Positions 10,306 to 19,369 of a DNA stretch of 64,000 nt are shown in pieces. This DNA comes from Fimbriimonadia bacterium (GTDB lineage Bacteria > Armatimonadota > Fimbriimonadia > Fimbriimonadales > JABRVX01). Under the pieces are notes generated by a model. That model saw nothing but the letters and a program-made list of their open reading frames with translations. It made no database searches and was not told the origin of the DNA. A program made the position numbers and the translations under genes. The stretch lies in contig JBGPGO010000006.1 in NCBI GenBank assembly GCA_041483895.1, positions 32,001 through 96,000 of the forward strand, read 5' to 3'. The first letter of the stretch is position 1, and the number at the start of each line of letters is the position of its first letter.

Positions 10306-10471
10306 GTCACCCTGAGCTTGTCGAAGGGGCCCTTTCTCGATGTGTTGCGGTACTCGCCAGCCAATAGCCCCAGCCCGCCGATACCCAAGACCCCAACACA
10401 AACTACGGACGCTGTGTTGGGGTTCTCGACAGCCGATATCCCCAGCCCGCCGATACCCTAGACCCCAACAC
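10306..10471 (+). repeat. Second cluster of the same repeats: CGTC-type REP plus two 61-bp units
   Basis: 23-mer at 10306-10328 identical to 8162-8184; units at 10339-10399 and 10411-10471. Confidence 0.88.
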
Positions 10472-10474
10472 CAA

Positions 10475-10780
10475 CTACCCCCACTTCTTCCCGATCTCAT
10501 CCAACCCCGCGCGGCTCAGATCGTCCGGCGACATGACGATGTGAAAAGTCACGTCCGCATTGAACTCCAAGAACCAGGGCTCGCAAAGAGCCGGCACCTT
10601 CGAGGGGTCCGCAACGTCCACAATCATTATCGCCCCACGCATCCCGTCGTATTCCGTAAAGTAGACCGCCTCGGGCCGTATGGCTTCCAAAATCCGCTGA
10701 ATTTTGCCGCCGGCGCTGCCGTCCCTTACGGACGGGTTGAAATGCTTGTGAGGGATCTTAACGTGCATCAGCATTCGCAT
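10475..10780 (-). CDS. Small conserved hypothetical protein (GYD/DUF3303-like)
   Basis: Start ATG 10780 with AGGAG upstream; MRMLMHV...RPEAVYF...EPWFLEFNADVTFH. Confidence 0.75.
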   Translation of the reverse strand: MRMLMHVKIPHKHFNPSVRDGSAGGKIQRILEAIRPEAVYFTEYDGMRGAIMIVDVADPSKVPALCEPWFLEFNADVTFHIVMSPDDLSRAGLDEIGKKWG

Positions 10781-11034
10781 GGTGAGTAGCTCCTTTATCA
10801 GAAATATTTGTCCTTTTCCAATTGCCTGTACGAAGGAAAACCGCAATCTCGTGCCCGACCAGCTTACCCCCGATACGCCAAGGTGCACGCACCGGCTGCG
10901 CACTTCCCGTGATCGGCATCCTTGCCCGTGATGTAAAGTGTCAAGGATGTCCTGTCAGAAGTGTAAAGTACGTCTTGTTAGCCTACATGTGATTGTTGAG
11001 GGATGTCACTCTATGATATGGGATTGTGTGCTGT

Positions 11035-12249
11035 CTACCTTGCAAGCGGCCTGCGGGCGAAGCGCCAAAGAGTTAGATCGTAGACGATCTTTAGACCACC
11101 TGCCACGAGAAACGGTATTCCAAGCACAGGGGCAGCGAATGCCATGCCGGTAAACAATGGCGAAATGGATACCCCAACGCTGCGAGCGATATTCGTAATT
11201 CCGCCAGCCGCTGAGCGCTCATCCGGCTCGACGGAGGCCATTACGAAGGCCTGTCTCGTGGGCACGTCCATTTGCGATAATGAGAATCGCGCGAGCAACA
11301 TTGCAAGCGAGACGCCGAAGTTCGGCATGAGCGGAACAAGGATCAAGAGCAGGTTCGAAGGAATGTGAGTCCAGACCATCGTATTGACGAGGCCAAATCT
11401 CTTAGCGAGTCTGTTGGCAACGAGCGCCGAAACCCCGGCCAGTAGGTTGCCGAAGAACAAGATCGTCCCCATTTGCGCTTCGCTTGCACCGTAGCGAAGA
11501 TGGAACCAATAGGCAATGAGGCTCTGCATGACGAACCCGCCCGCGAACGCGTCTATTGCAAAGAGACCCGACAGCGCAAATACGATCTTGTGGCTCTTGT
11601 GCAGACCGAAGCGAGTTCCCTTATTGGCATCGCGATTCGTGCTCTCAACTCTTGGAGACAGGGCAGCATACAAGACGAGCATGGCGACACCAACCGTACC
11701 GTGTCCAATGAGGACGCAGCGATAGGCGCTGATGTCAGAGAGTCCAAAGCCGTGCAGCGCCTCAACACCGAGCCCACTCGCGAGGGAACCAAGCGCCGCG
11801 GCGAAATAGCCAACCAGGTTGTACCAAGCGAAAATTGAAACGCGATGGTCATGGGGAAGCTCTTCCGACAGACCCGCCTGTTCGATAGGCAGGAAGGGGC
11901 CGATTTCATTTCCCGAAGGGCTAAGTACGCCGATCGTGGCGGCCACAACGAGTAGCCAAAAGGAGCCGGTAAGAGCGAACACTACCGAAGAGAACAGCAT
12001 TAGGGCCGCGCCGATCATCAACGTCTTGCGGCGTCCGTACCGATCCGCCCGCGTCGTCAAGAAGAGCGAAATCGCCGTGTCGCCGAGCAAGGTGAGCGAG
12101 AACAGAAACCCGATCTGAGTGTTCGTAAGCCCCACCTGTCTCAGATACACAGCGATGACGACGGAGAGCATGCCGTATGCGAACATGCGCAGGGCACGCG
12201 CCGAAAAAAGGAGCCGAAGATCCCTGCCGGTCAGCTTCTGAACGTCCAA
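11035..12249 (-). CDS. MFS transporter
   Basis: ADRYGRRK motif A, about 12 TM, SQMDVPTRQ motif. Confidence 0.9.
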   Translation of the reverse strand: MDVQKLTGRDLRLLFSARALRMFAYGMLSVVIAVYLRQVGLTNTQIGFLFSLTLLGDTAISLFLTTRADRYGRRKTLMIGAALMLFSSVVFALTGSFWLLVVAATIGVLSPSGNEIGPFLPIEQAGLSEELPHDHRVSIFAWYNLVGYFAAALGSLASGLGVEALHGFGLSDISAYRCVLIGHGTVGVAMLVLYAALSPRVESTNRDANKGTRFGLHKSHKIVFALSGLFAIDAFAGGFVMQSLIAYWFHLRYGASEAQMGTILFFGNLLAGVSALVANRLAKRFGLVNTMVWTHIPSNLLLILVPLMPNFGVSLAMLLARFSLSQMDVPTRQAFVMASVEPDERSAAGGITNIARSVGVSISPLFTGMAFAAPVLGIPFLVAGGLKIVYDLTLWRFARRPLAR

Positions 12250-12256
12250 TTGAGTT

Positions 12257-12520
12257 TCACTGCGAACTGTCCGCTCTGGGGTCCAAAGGCACGAAGTCCT
12301 GATTCGTCCTTGTCCGTCGGATCTCGCACGACGCGGACCTTGTCGAGGATTGAAGTCGGGCTACACGCTCTTGGTTTAGCTGGACCAGGTGGGCGATCTC
12401 GGCGGCATGCGACCAGGCCGGATCGGTGAGCTTGCCGGTCAAGACGACATCCGTCTCAACGGTGGGAAAGTTAAGTGACTGTTGAGCGCATACGTTCACG
12501 CATGGCACGACGAGCGCAAG
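12257..12520 (-). pseudogene. Possible N-terminal remnant of a CBM9/DUF5916-like secreted protein
   Basis: Signal-like FLSALALVVPCVNVCAQ then VVLTGKLTDPAWSHAAEI (resembles the xDGxLxExxW sugar-binding N-terminus); frame ends shortly afterwards. Confidence 0.35.
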
Positions 12521-12606
12521 CGCGCTTAGGAATCGAGGCCGTATCCTGCAGAACGGAAGTGAGGGAATCCCGGCAACAGGCTCTCGCGATGTCACCGGGA
12601 ATCTTC

Positions 12607-12972
12607 TCACTTGACTTTCTTCACGTAGATGACCTGCGTTCCGCCCTTCTTCACAAGAGTACCGGTGACAGTCACCGTCGATGCCATTTTGTCGATCAGC
12701 ACGTCTTTGGCCGGCTGATGGTCTTCATTTCCCATGAGGACGTAGACGTTGCCCTTCTTATCGACGATTCCCATCGGATTTCCGGCCTTGGCGCAGGTCA
12801 TTCCGCACTCCTTGTGCTTTGCGCCCCGGCTTCCATCCTCGAGAAAGCACCAAAGGTCGACAATTTCGCCTTTGATGCTAACAGTCTTGCCTTTCGGCGC
12901 AGCCGAAAGGGCTCCGGGTAAGGCGATCGCCAAAGCGATTGCCAGGACTATGAATCGAGTTGCTTTTCTCAT
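12607..12972 (-). CDS. Small secreted protein with Cys/His motif
   Basis: GAGGAG RBS, signal peptide, GEIVDLWCF...HKECGMTCAKAGNP. Confidence 0.8.
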   Translation of the reverse strand: MRKATRFIVLAIALAIALPGALSAAPKGKTVSIKGEIVDLWCFLEDGSRGAKHKECGMTCAKAGNPMGIVDKKGNVYVLMGNEDHQPAKDVLIDKMASTVTVTGTLVKKGGTQVIYVKKVK

Positions 12973-13065
12973 CTTTTTCTCCTCAATCAGAATTCTGTTC
13001 GTTGATTAATTGGAGCCCCAGGCAAAGCAAACTATATGCAGGGTCGAATGCACGTGGGTGTCTCC

Positions 13066-14052
13066 CTACTTTTTCGTTGGCTCCATGACCCATAGCACGG
13101 GTTTACCTCCCACGTCCTTCAAAGCCAAATAAACTCTATGCGTCTTCTGATCGACCGACACGGTATGTGAATGCGGCGCGCGCACGGCCCCAATATCCGT
13201 TAGCTTCCCGCCAGCCTCCTGGAACACGTTGACGACTCCCGATTCGCACGCCACATACAGTCTGCGCAGACCCAAATCGAAGGCTAACACGTCCGGCCCA
13301 GACCCGACAGGCAGTGTCTGGATCACCTTCATAGAACCAAGGTCAACCACAAGCAGTTTCGCATTCCCTTCACACGAAACGTAGGCGAGCCCGCGCTCAT
13401 CGTCGACCAGAAATCCATGCGGATGGTGGCTGCCCGGCAAGGGATATTTCCCGATCAACTTCATCGTCTTCGGATCAATGGCGGCCATCTCATTCTTTGT
13501 CTGGACCGCAACCAGAATTCGATGATTCTTCGCGTCGTAGCGTGTGTTTCCCACCTCCCCGCCCAATTCGACCTTGCCGAGCACCCTATTTGTCACGGCG
13601 TCGATGACCAGTTCAATCTCGCCGGATTCGTCGGAGACGAATACTCTCCTCTCCTTCGGTGCGTAGGCAACACCGTCTGGGAAGTCGGCCCCCTTCAACC
13701 GTGCAAGAATCTTCAGGGTCTTGAGATCGGAGATCACGACCTCATGCGTCCCCGCCGCCGAAGCGAACAGCTTTCCCACTTCCGGCACGGCCAGCACACC
13801 CGTCACTGTCGCGTATCCGGGTAGATCCGCGATCACCTTGTTGTGGATTACGTCTATAACGACGAGGTGGCCATCACCCATGTGCGAAAGAAAAAGCCGC
13901 CCGGTATTCTCTTCCAAGGATTGGTAGTCGAAGCGGTTGGCTGATCCCGGCAGCAAAATCTCGGCGACTTTGGACAATGGTACCTGATGGCCTTGGCACC
14001 CCAGTCCGAGGATGGCGAGCGGGATGAACGTGCGCAGCACAAAGGATGTCAT
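13066..14052 (-). CDS. YncE/YVTN-type beta-propeller lipoprotein
   Basis: Lipobox LGLGC; repeated blades (PDGVAY, PHGFLVD, GPDVLAFD). Confidence 0.85.
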   Translation of the reverse strand: MTSFVLRTFIPLAILGLGCQGHQVPLSKVAEILLPGSANRFDYQSLEENTGRLFLSHMGDGHLVVIDVIHNKVIADLPGYATVTGVLAVPEVGKLFASAAGTHEVVISDLKTLKILARLKGADFPDGVAYAPKERRVFVSDESGEIELVIDAVTNRVLGKVELGGEVGNTRYDAKNHRILVAVQTKNEMAAIDPKTMKLIGKYPLPGSHHPHGFLVDDERGLAYVSCEGNAKLLVVDLGSMKVIQTLPVGSGPDVLAFDLGLRRLYVACESGVVNVFQEAGGKLTDIGAVRAPHSHTVSVDQKTHRVYLALKDVGGKPVLWVMEPTKK

Positions 14053-14213
14053 GATCCATACACACTCACTGTAAAGTCGCTATTCGAGCTGGAAGCATCC
14101 GAATTGGACACGACGCCCACCCCGCTCTTCCCGGCGATGTTGCCATCGTGCAATTTCCGAACAATCACATTATCGAGGCTCTTTGGCCCCCTCCCGTGAT
14201 GGTCACGCAACGA

Positions 14214-14702
14214 TTAATCTGCCTGCCGCTTTAGCTCGAACTTCGCTGTGTGGGATTCTTTGCCGTCCGCCCACCCCTTCCAAACGCTCTCGATCTCGTC
14301 TGGATTCTTGAAAAAGATTGAAAGTTCGTGCATGTGGTGGTCCGAAAGCTTCATGTTTGAGCCATGATCGAACTTGAAGTTCAAATAGCGCGCGTCCTTT
14401 GCCGGCGTGAACTTAAGCGAAGGCTGGTTGCCGGATGAGCAATAGTGCGTCAGCACCAGTTTGCCATTATCCATGTGATAGACCGTCAACATCTCGGTGT
14501 CCGTACCGGGAAACTGTGTCTCGGCGAGCGCGCTCCCCGCTCCGGTCAACGTATAGGTCACCACGATGTCATTTCCCATCAACCTTCCCTTCCAAGTCCC
14601 AACAAGGCTCTTCAGCTTGGCGAAAGCAGCCTCCGCAGGCGTCTCAGCAAAAGCTGTCGCGCCCAATCCGAATATCACCGCCAATAGAAAGACACGCTTC
14701 AT
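14214..14702 (-). CDS. Secreted conserved hypothetical protein
   Basis: GAGGAGG RBS, signal peptide, LKSLVGTWKG...MLTVYH...LTHYCSSGNQP. Confidence 0.8.
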   Translation of the reverse strand: MKRVFLLAVIFGLGATAFAETPAEAAFAKLKSLVGTWKGRLMGNDIVVTYTLTGAGSALAETQFPGTDTEMLTVYHMDNGKLVLTHYCSSGNQPSLKFTPAKDARYLNFKFDHGSNMKLSDHHMHELSIFFKNPDEIESVWKGWADGKESHTAKFELKRQAD

Positions 14703-14757
14703 AGTTCCTCCTCAAGTGCTTACATCGCCTGAACAGTATAACCCGTTGCAACGCGTC

Positions 14758-14859
14758 ATGGTGTTGAATGTCGGATTCGTAGGCGCGGGCCAGATTGCCG
14801 ATATTCTTCCGTCCGCCATTTCCAAAGGCCCGCGTATGACCACGGCGGACGTGGCATAG
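14758..14859 (+). pseudogene. Possible remnant of a Rossmann-fold (Gfo/Idh/MocA-like) oxidoreductase N-terminus
   Basis: MVLNVGFVGAGQIADIL has a beta-strand plus GxGxxA; stops after 33 codons. Confidence 0.35.
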
Positions 14860-15023
14860 CGATTCGATATCAGAGCTTCCACCACATCTGGGACACCACC
14901 CCGTCGCGCCCGCAGCCACACTTCCGAGTGCGGCCAGCGGTCCAAAAGACCTAAAGAGTAGACACGCGTCTATATCTCCTGGTACAATTCTTCTCAATGC
15001 CTGCAGGCAGTCGGTCGGAAAAC

Positions 15024-15039
15024 TAGTCACATGTGACTA
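15024..15039. promoter_or_regulatory. Perfect 16-bp palindrome, candidate operator
   Basis: TAGTCACATGTGACTA in a long non-coding stretch. Confidence 0.45.
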
Positions 15040-15410
15040 TCATCCGGGACGAAGCGGATAGATTCCTGCCCACAAGGCAAGGGCATCCGAAGGTGGAGTT
15101 CTGGTTACGGGTTGGGTGGTTACCGTCAACGATCCTGTCCTGAGCGGCTACGACGGGCTTGTCTCGAGCGCAGTCGCAGGACTTGTCCCGAGCGAACGTG
15201 AGGGAACAAATCGGCACTGGCCACCCTTCCCACCAAAAAACAATACGAAGACAGTATCTGAATGCGTTGCGGTCTTTCGTGGTCGGCAAGCAAACCGATC
15301 CGTCAGACGTGAACCCCAACACATCGAATATCCCCACACCTGCCCCCTACCCCAGCCGGCGGGCCGCTTCCTGCTGTCTGACCGATCCCCCCATCGGCTA
15401 TAATCCCCCC

Positions 15411-15563
15411 ATGCCAAGGAAGGGAACCGGTCTGTCCGCCGGATGGTGGATTTCGCCGCTGCTATTTTTGCTCATCGTCGCTGTTGCCTACGTCGCCTGG
15501 TGGGTTCCCAGCCATCGGGCCGCCCCACCGCTGGAAGTCAAGTTCGCCGGCGAGCGGCGATGA
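15411..15563 (+). CDS. Small single-TM membrane protein (50 aa), probably leaderless
   Basis: TATAAT at 15399-15404, 6 nt before ATG; MPRKGTGLSAGWWISPLLFLLIVAVAYVAWW... Confidence 0.6.
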   Translation: MPRKGTGLSAGWWISPLLFLLIVAVAYVAWWVPSHRAAPPLEVKFAGERR

Positions 15564-15571
15564 CGACTCCA

Positions 15572-15633
15572 GTGTTGGGGTCTGAGGGTGACGGCATTCG
15601 ATCCGTTGCGGTAAGCGAGAACCCCAACACATC
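15572..15633 (-). repeat. Diverged copy of the GTGTTGGGG...CCCCAACAC hairpin unit (another at about 15263-15326)
   Basis: gtgttggggtc...gagaaccccaacacatc, opposite orientation to the 8 kb array. Confidence 0.75.
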
Positions 15634-15681
15634 AAGAACGAGGTGCGGGCTTTGAAGCGCACCAATCAGACGCCTCGGACA

Positions 15682-15729
15682 GATCGGTCCGATCTGTCCG
15701 ATCTGTCCGATCCGACCGATCAGTCCGAT
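15682..15729. repeat. 9-bp tandem repeat GATC(T/G/A)GTCC, about 5 copies
   Basis: gatcggtcc gatctgtcc gatctgtcc gatccgacc gatcagtcc gat. Confidence 0.8.
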
Positions 15730-15755
15730 GCGACGGCAACCAACACGGTGAATGC

Positions 15756-16817
15756 ATGAAAGTCGGACTGATCGGCTACCCCCTCACCGGAAAGACAACC
15801 CTCTTCCGCGCGGCCAGCCGGGGGACCACCGCCGGGGACGTGGCCGCGGTCCCCGTCCCGGACGAGCGTTTCGACACCCTCGCCCGCCTCAGCGAAAGCA
15901 AAAAGCTAAGCCCCGCCCATGTGGATTTCCAAGACAACGTGGGCCGCTTCAGTCCCGGCGAGGGCAAAGCCGCCGCGCGCAACTTCCTGGACGCCGCCCG
16001 CAAGATGGACGTGCTTCTCCATGTGGTGAGAGCATTCGACAACCCAATGGCCCCCTATCACACCACCGTCAACCCCTTGCGCGACCATCGGGGTCTGGAA
16101 GAAGAGCTGATTTTGGAGGACCTCGCATTGGTGGAGACGCGCCTGGGCCGGCTGGCAAAAAGCATGGCCGCACACCAAAGCGGCTCGGCGGAAAGCAACG
16201 AATGGCGCCTCCTGGAAAAACTGAAGGGATCGCTGGAAGGCGGAACCGCACTGCGAGCTATGGAGCTTGGCGAAGAAGAAGAAAAGCTGGCCTCCGGATT
16301 CCAATTCCTTTCCGACAAGCCGTTGGTCTGCGCGCTCAATGTCGGTGAGGACAAAGCGGCGGCCGACGCGGAGACGGAAGCGCCGGACCTCGCCGCATAC
16401 TGCTGCGAGCGGCATATCCCTTGCGCCGCCCTCTGCGCCTCCTACGAAGAGGAGGTCGCGACGCTGGATGAGGGAGATCAGAAAGCGTTTCTGGAGGAGG
16501 CTGGGTTGGCGGCTCCGGCAGCCCACCGGCTCATCCGGGCCGTCTATGACGCAACGGAAATGATCACCTTTTTCACCACCGGTCCGAAGGAGACGCGCGC
16601 TTGGCCCATCCGAAAAGGCGCCACCGCGCTGGACGCGGCGGGTACCATACACAGCGACCTAGCTCGCGGCTTTATCCGTGCCGAAATCGCGAGCTACGAG
16701 GATTGTGTGGCGGCCGGCGGCTGGGACCAAGTCCACGCTGCGGGAAAGACCGCTCTGTACGGTAAGGAATACGTCATGCGGGACGGCGAAATCATAGTTG
16801 TGAGGTTCAAGGTTTGA
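15756..16817 (+). CDS. ychF: YchF/Obg-like ATPase with C-terminal DUF933
   Basis: GYPLTGKTT P-loop, VPVPDER, FFTTGPKETRAW, AGTIHSDLARGFIRAE, GKEYVMRDG. Confidence 0.85.
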   Translation: MKVGLIGYPLTGKTTLFRAASRGTTAGDVAAVPVPDERFDTLARLSESKKLSPAHVDFQDNVGRFSPGEGKAAARNFLDAARKMDVLLHVVRAFDNPMAPYHTTVNPLRDHRGLEEELILEDLALVETRLGRLAKSMAAHQSGSAESNEWRLLEKLKGSLEGGTALRAMELGEEEEKLASGFQFLSDKPLVCALNVGEDKAAADAETEAPDLAAYCCERHIPCAALCASYEEEVATLDEGDQKAFLEEAGLAAPAAHRLIRAVYDATEMITFFTTGPKETRAWPIRKGATALDAAGTIHSDLARGFIRAEIASYEDCVAAGGWDQVHAAGKTALYGKEYVMRDGEIIVVRFKV

Positions 16818-17800
16818 AGAGATGTGGATATCTAGCGGTTGCGGTCGGGCTTGCTCTTTGCGCGGCATGTATCCCGAGAGAAGCCAAGGTGGATCCGTTT
16901 GCTTCGAAAAAAGAGAAAGAGACTGTGACCGCCGGCCAACCCGCCGGCAACGGACCCACAAATCCTGCCCCCGCTCCTTCGCCGGCGATCGAACCGACGT
17001 TCACCAAACCCGCCCCGGAAGTTGCTTCCAAAACCGAAGCGGTCAACCATATCCAAATAGCCGCTGGGTACCTGCTAGCCTTGCAGCCGCTGCTTCGCAC
17101 ACAAAGACCAATGAGTCCGGCCGACATCGTGAAGTGGGTCGAGACTGAGATGGTCAAACAGCACGGGAAGAACGCGCTGATCTCGCCGATTACGAACGCG
17201 CCGTACACTTTCGATGCCCAAGAAATGTTGAAGGAAGGCTACCTTGGAGTTTGTGCGGAGAGCAAACCGGAGCCCGATGGCACTCGGCTCGTCGTGATTA
17301 CCACGGGTGTGAAGGACGGGAAGGCGCAGCTCAAAGTGGTCGGAATGGAAGAAGCGAAAAAGTATTTCTCCACAGATATCAAACCGAAGATCGAGAAGAT
17401 ACAATCCGACGCGAAGTTCCATCAACCCGCGCTTGATACTCCCGAGGGACAGTCGGTCAATTACGTGAAAGATCTCGCCCAAGCACTGGCCCGCTATGCG
17501 AACGACAACGGAGGAAAGTTCCCCGTGGCGAAGGACTCGATGGCAATCAAGGAGCAGATGCTCAAGTACCGACCGGTCATGCCGGACAAATATTGGGTTT
17601 CACCCGTAACAGGCGCGCCTTACGCGTTCAACCAAGAGCTGCTCAAACTGGGACTGGCGGGTCTACAAAAATATCAAGGTCCGCCCGCCGCGATCATCTA
17701 TGACTCCAAACCGATGAAGGACGGCTCGCGCGTGGCTCTGACCACCGTCGGAGGTCCCTGGCGTCTTCGGGCCGAAGAGTTTGCGAAGCTCAAGAAATAA
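16814..17800 (+). CDS. Lipoprotein with two internally repeated pseudopilin-like globular domains
   Basis: Lipobox-like LCAAC; Pro-rich linker; repeats ISPITNAPYTFD and VSPVTGAPYAFN. Confidence 0.7.
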   Translation: MKRCGYLAVAVGLALCAACIPREAKVDPFASKKEKETVTAGQPAGNGPTNPAPAPSPAIEPTFTKPAPEVASKTEAVNHIQIAAGYLLALQPLLRTQRPMSPADIVKWVETEMVKQHGKNALISPITNAPYTFDAQEMLKEGYLGVCAESKPEPDGTRLVVITTGVKDGKAQLKVVGMEEAKKYFSTDIKPKIEKIQSDAKFHQPALDTPEGQSVNYVKDLAQALARYANDNGGKFPVAKDSMAIKEQMLKYRPVMPDKYWVSPVTGAPYAFNQELLKLGLAGLQKYQGPPAAIIYDSKPMKDGSRVALTTVGGPWRLRAEEFAKLKK

Positions 17801-17803
17801 GCG

Positions 17804-18808
17804 ATGATTGTCTCTCGCGCTCCCGGCCGGATCTGCCTGTTCGGGGAACATCAGGACTATTTGGGCCTGCCGGTCATTGCGGCGGCGATCACCCGGTATA
17901 TCACAGTAACCGGCGCGCCCAATGCTTTTCGACATTTGGAGATTTCTTTACCCGATGTTGGCGCTAGCCGGCGCTTGGAACTTGGCCGCCGTGCGGAATA
18001 TGTCGGCGAGCGGGACTATATCGGATCGGGATTCAATTTGGCCGGACAGTCGCTGACGCAGGGTTACGATATCATTGTCACCGGCGACATTCCTCAGAAG
18101 GCCGGATGCTCCAGCAGTTCCGCGCTTACTGTCGCCTGGGTGCGTTGGTTGCTACTAGCATCGGGGGACCTTCGCGCTTCCGTGCCGCTGGAAGTTGCCC
18201 GGCTCGCGCATCAGGCAGAGGTGGTGGAATTCAAGGAACCTGGCGGCATGATGGACCATTTCGCGGCGGCTTTCGGCGGCATCGTGTATGTGGATACCAA
18301 ACCTCCCTATTCGTGTGAGTATATCGATGCGAAGTTGGACGGGTTGATATTGTGTTACTCCGGCGAGCCGAAAGCGACGCTGAAAGTGTTGCAGCGGACG
18401 CGCGAGAAATATGTGGACGCGCGGGAGAAGCAAGGCAGGGGCGAGGATCTTGTCGCTGAAGATATGTTGTTGCTTCGGGCGCAGGAATCCAATGCCGCAC
18501 TGACACGGCGAGGCTATGATGCGGTGGTGGTGGGTGATATGATTGAGGTCGGCCGATTGCTGACGGAGCATCATCAGAATCTGCGAACATTGGGTGTTTC
18601 CACAGAACGGATCGACCACCTATTGGCAGTGGCCATGGAGGCGGGAGCATTGGGTGGCAAGGTAAACGGTTCCGGCGGCGGCGGGTGCCTGTTCGTGTTG
18701 GCGCCGGGAAAAGAGGATGAGGTGATAGACGCCATGAATCGCGCGGGGAGCGAGGCGTGGCGGGTGGAAGTTGCGCCGAGGAGTGATGTGGCATGGGCGT
18801 CCTCGTAG
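17804..18808 (+). CDS. GHMP kinase (galactokinase/mevalonate kinase family)
   Basis: PGRICLFGEHQDY, PQKAGCSSS, GGMMD, GSGGGGC. Confidence 0.9.
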   Translation: MIVSRAPGRICLFGEHQDYLGLPVIAAAITRYITVTGAPNAFRHLEISLPDVGASRRLELGRRAEYVGERDYIGSGFNLAGQSLTQGYDIIVTGDIPQKAGCSSSSALTVAWVRWLLLASGDLRASVPLEVARLAHQAEVVEFKEPGGMMDHFAAAFGGIVYVDTKPPYSCEYIDAKLDGLILCYSGEPKATLKVLQRTREKYVDAREKQGRGEDLVAEDMLLLRAQESNAALTRRGYDAVVVGDMIEVGRLLTEHHQNLRTLGVSTERIDHLLAVAMEAGALGGKVNGSGGGGCLFVLAPGKEDEVIDAMNRAGSEAWRVEVAPRSDVAWASS

Positions 18809-19281
18809 ACAAGATGCTCCGATCACTGCGGGCGGCGCATTCCAAGAGTCAGTGGCATAGCATGGCTTCCGCGCTCAAGGATTTGACGGAAGAACAGGCG
18901 GTTTGGCGACCCTCAAAGTATAAGGGATTTCCTTGGGCGTCGGGAAACATCGTCGAAATCGTATATCATGTGGCACTCGACAAATTGGTGCAGCTATCAT
19001 GTGCGTTTGGAGACCGATCCTTTGATTGGGAGGCGACGAAATCGCTGCCGGAAGTGCAAGTATGGTCGCTGGCAAATGCCGTACAGCTTCTCGATCGATC
19101 GCAAAAAGAACTGATGGCCGCATTGGAGAAACTGAGCGATGAGGACCTCGACAGGAAGGTCGCGACGTGGGGCGGAAAGCAGATGACGGCTGAGCACTTC
19201 TTTGATATGCTTATCGAACACGACTTCTATCACGCAGGGCAGATCCGATATATACGAAGCATGTTGGACGGTGGCATGTGA
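18793..19281 (+). CDS. DinB/YfiT family protein
   Basis: IVEIVYHV...LIEHDFYHAGQI His triad. Confidence 0.85.
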   Translation: MGVLVDKMLRSLRAAHSKSQWHSMASALKDLTEEQAVWRPSKYKGFPWASGNIVEIVYHVALDKLVQLSCAFGDRSFDWEATKSLPEVQVWSLANAVQLLDRSQKELMAALEKLSDEDLDRKVATWGGKQMTAEHFFDMLIEHDFYHAGQIRYIRSMLDGGM

Positions 19282-19303
19282 TGATAGGTGGTCGGCACTG
19301 GAT

Positions 19304-19359
19304 ACGCGGGCCCTGGTGGTCGATATTTGAAGGCAATCGGCAAGACGGCCCGCGTCTAC
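19304..19359 (-). repeat. GTAG-tagged REP-like hairpin GTAGACGCGGGCCGTCTTG...GGCCCGCGT
   Basis: Same element at 45646-45700 and twice at 57846-57963. Confidence 0.8.
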
Positions 19360-19369
19360 GGAGCATACA

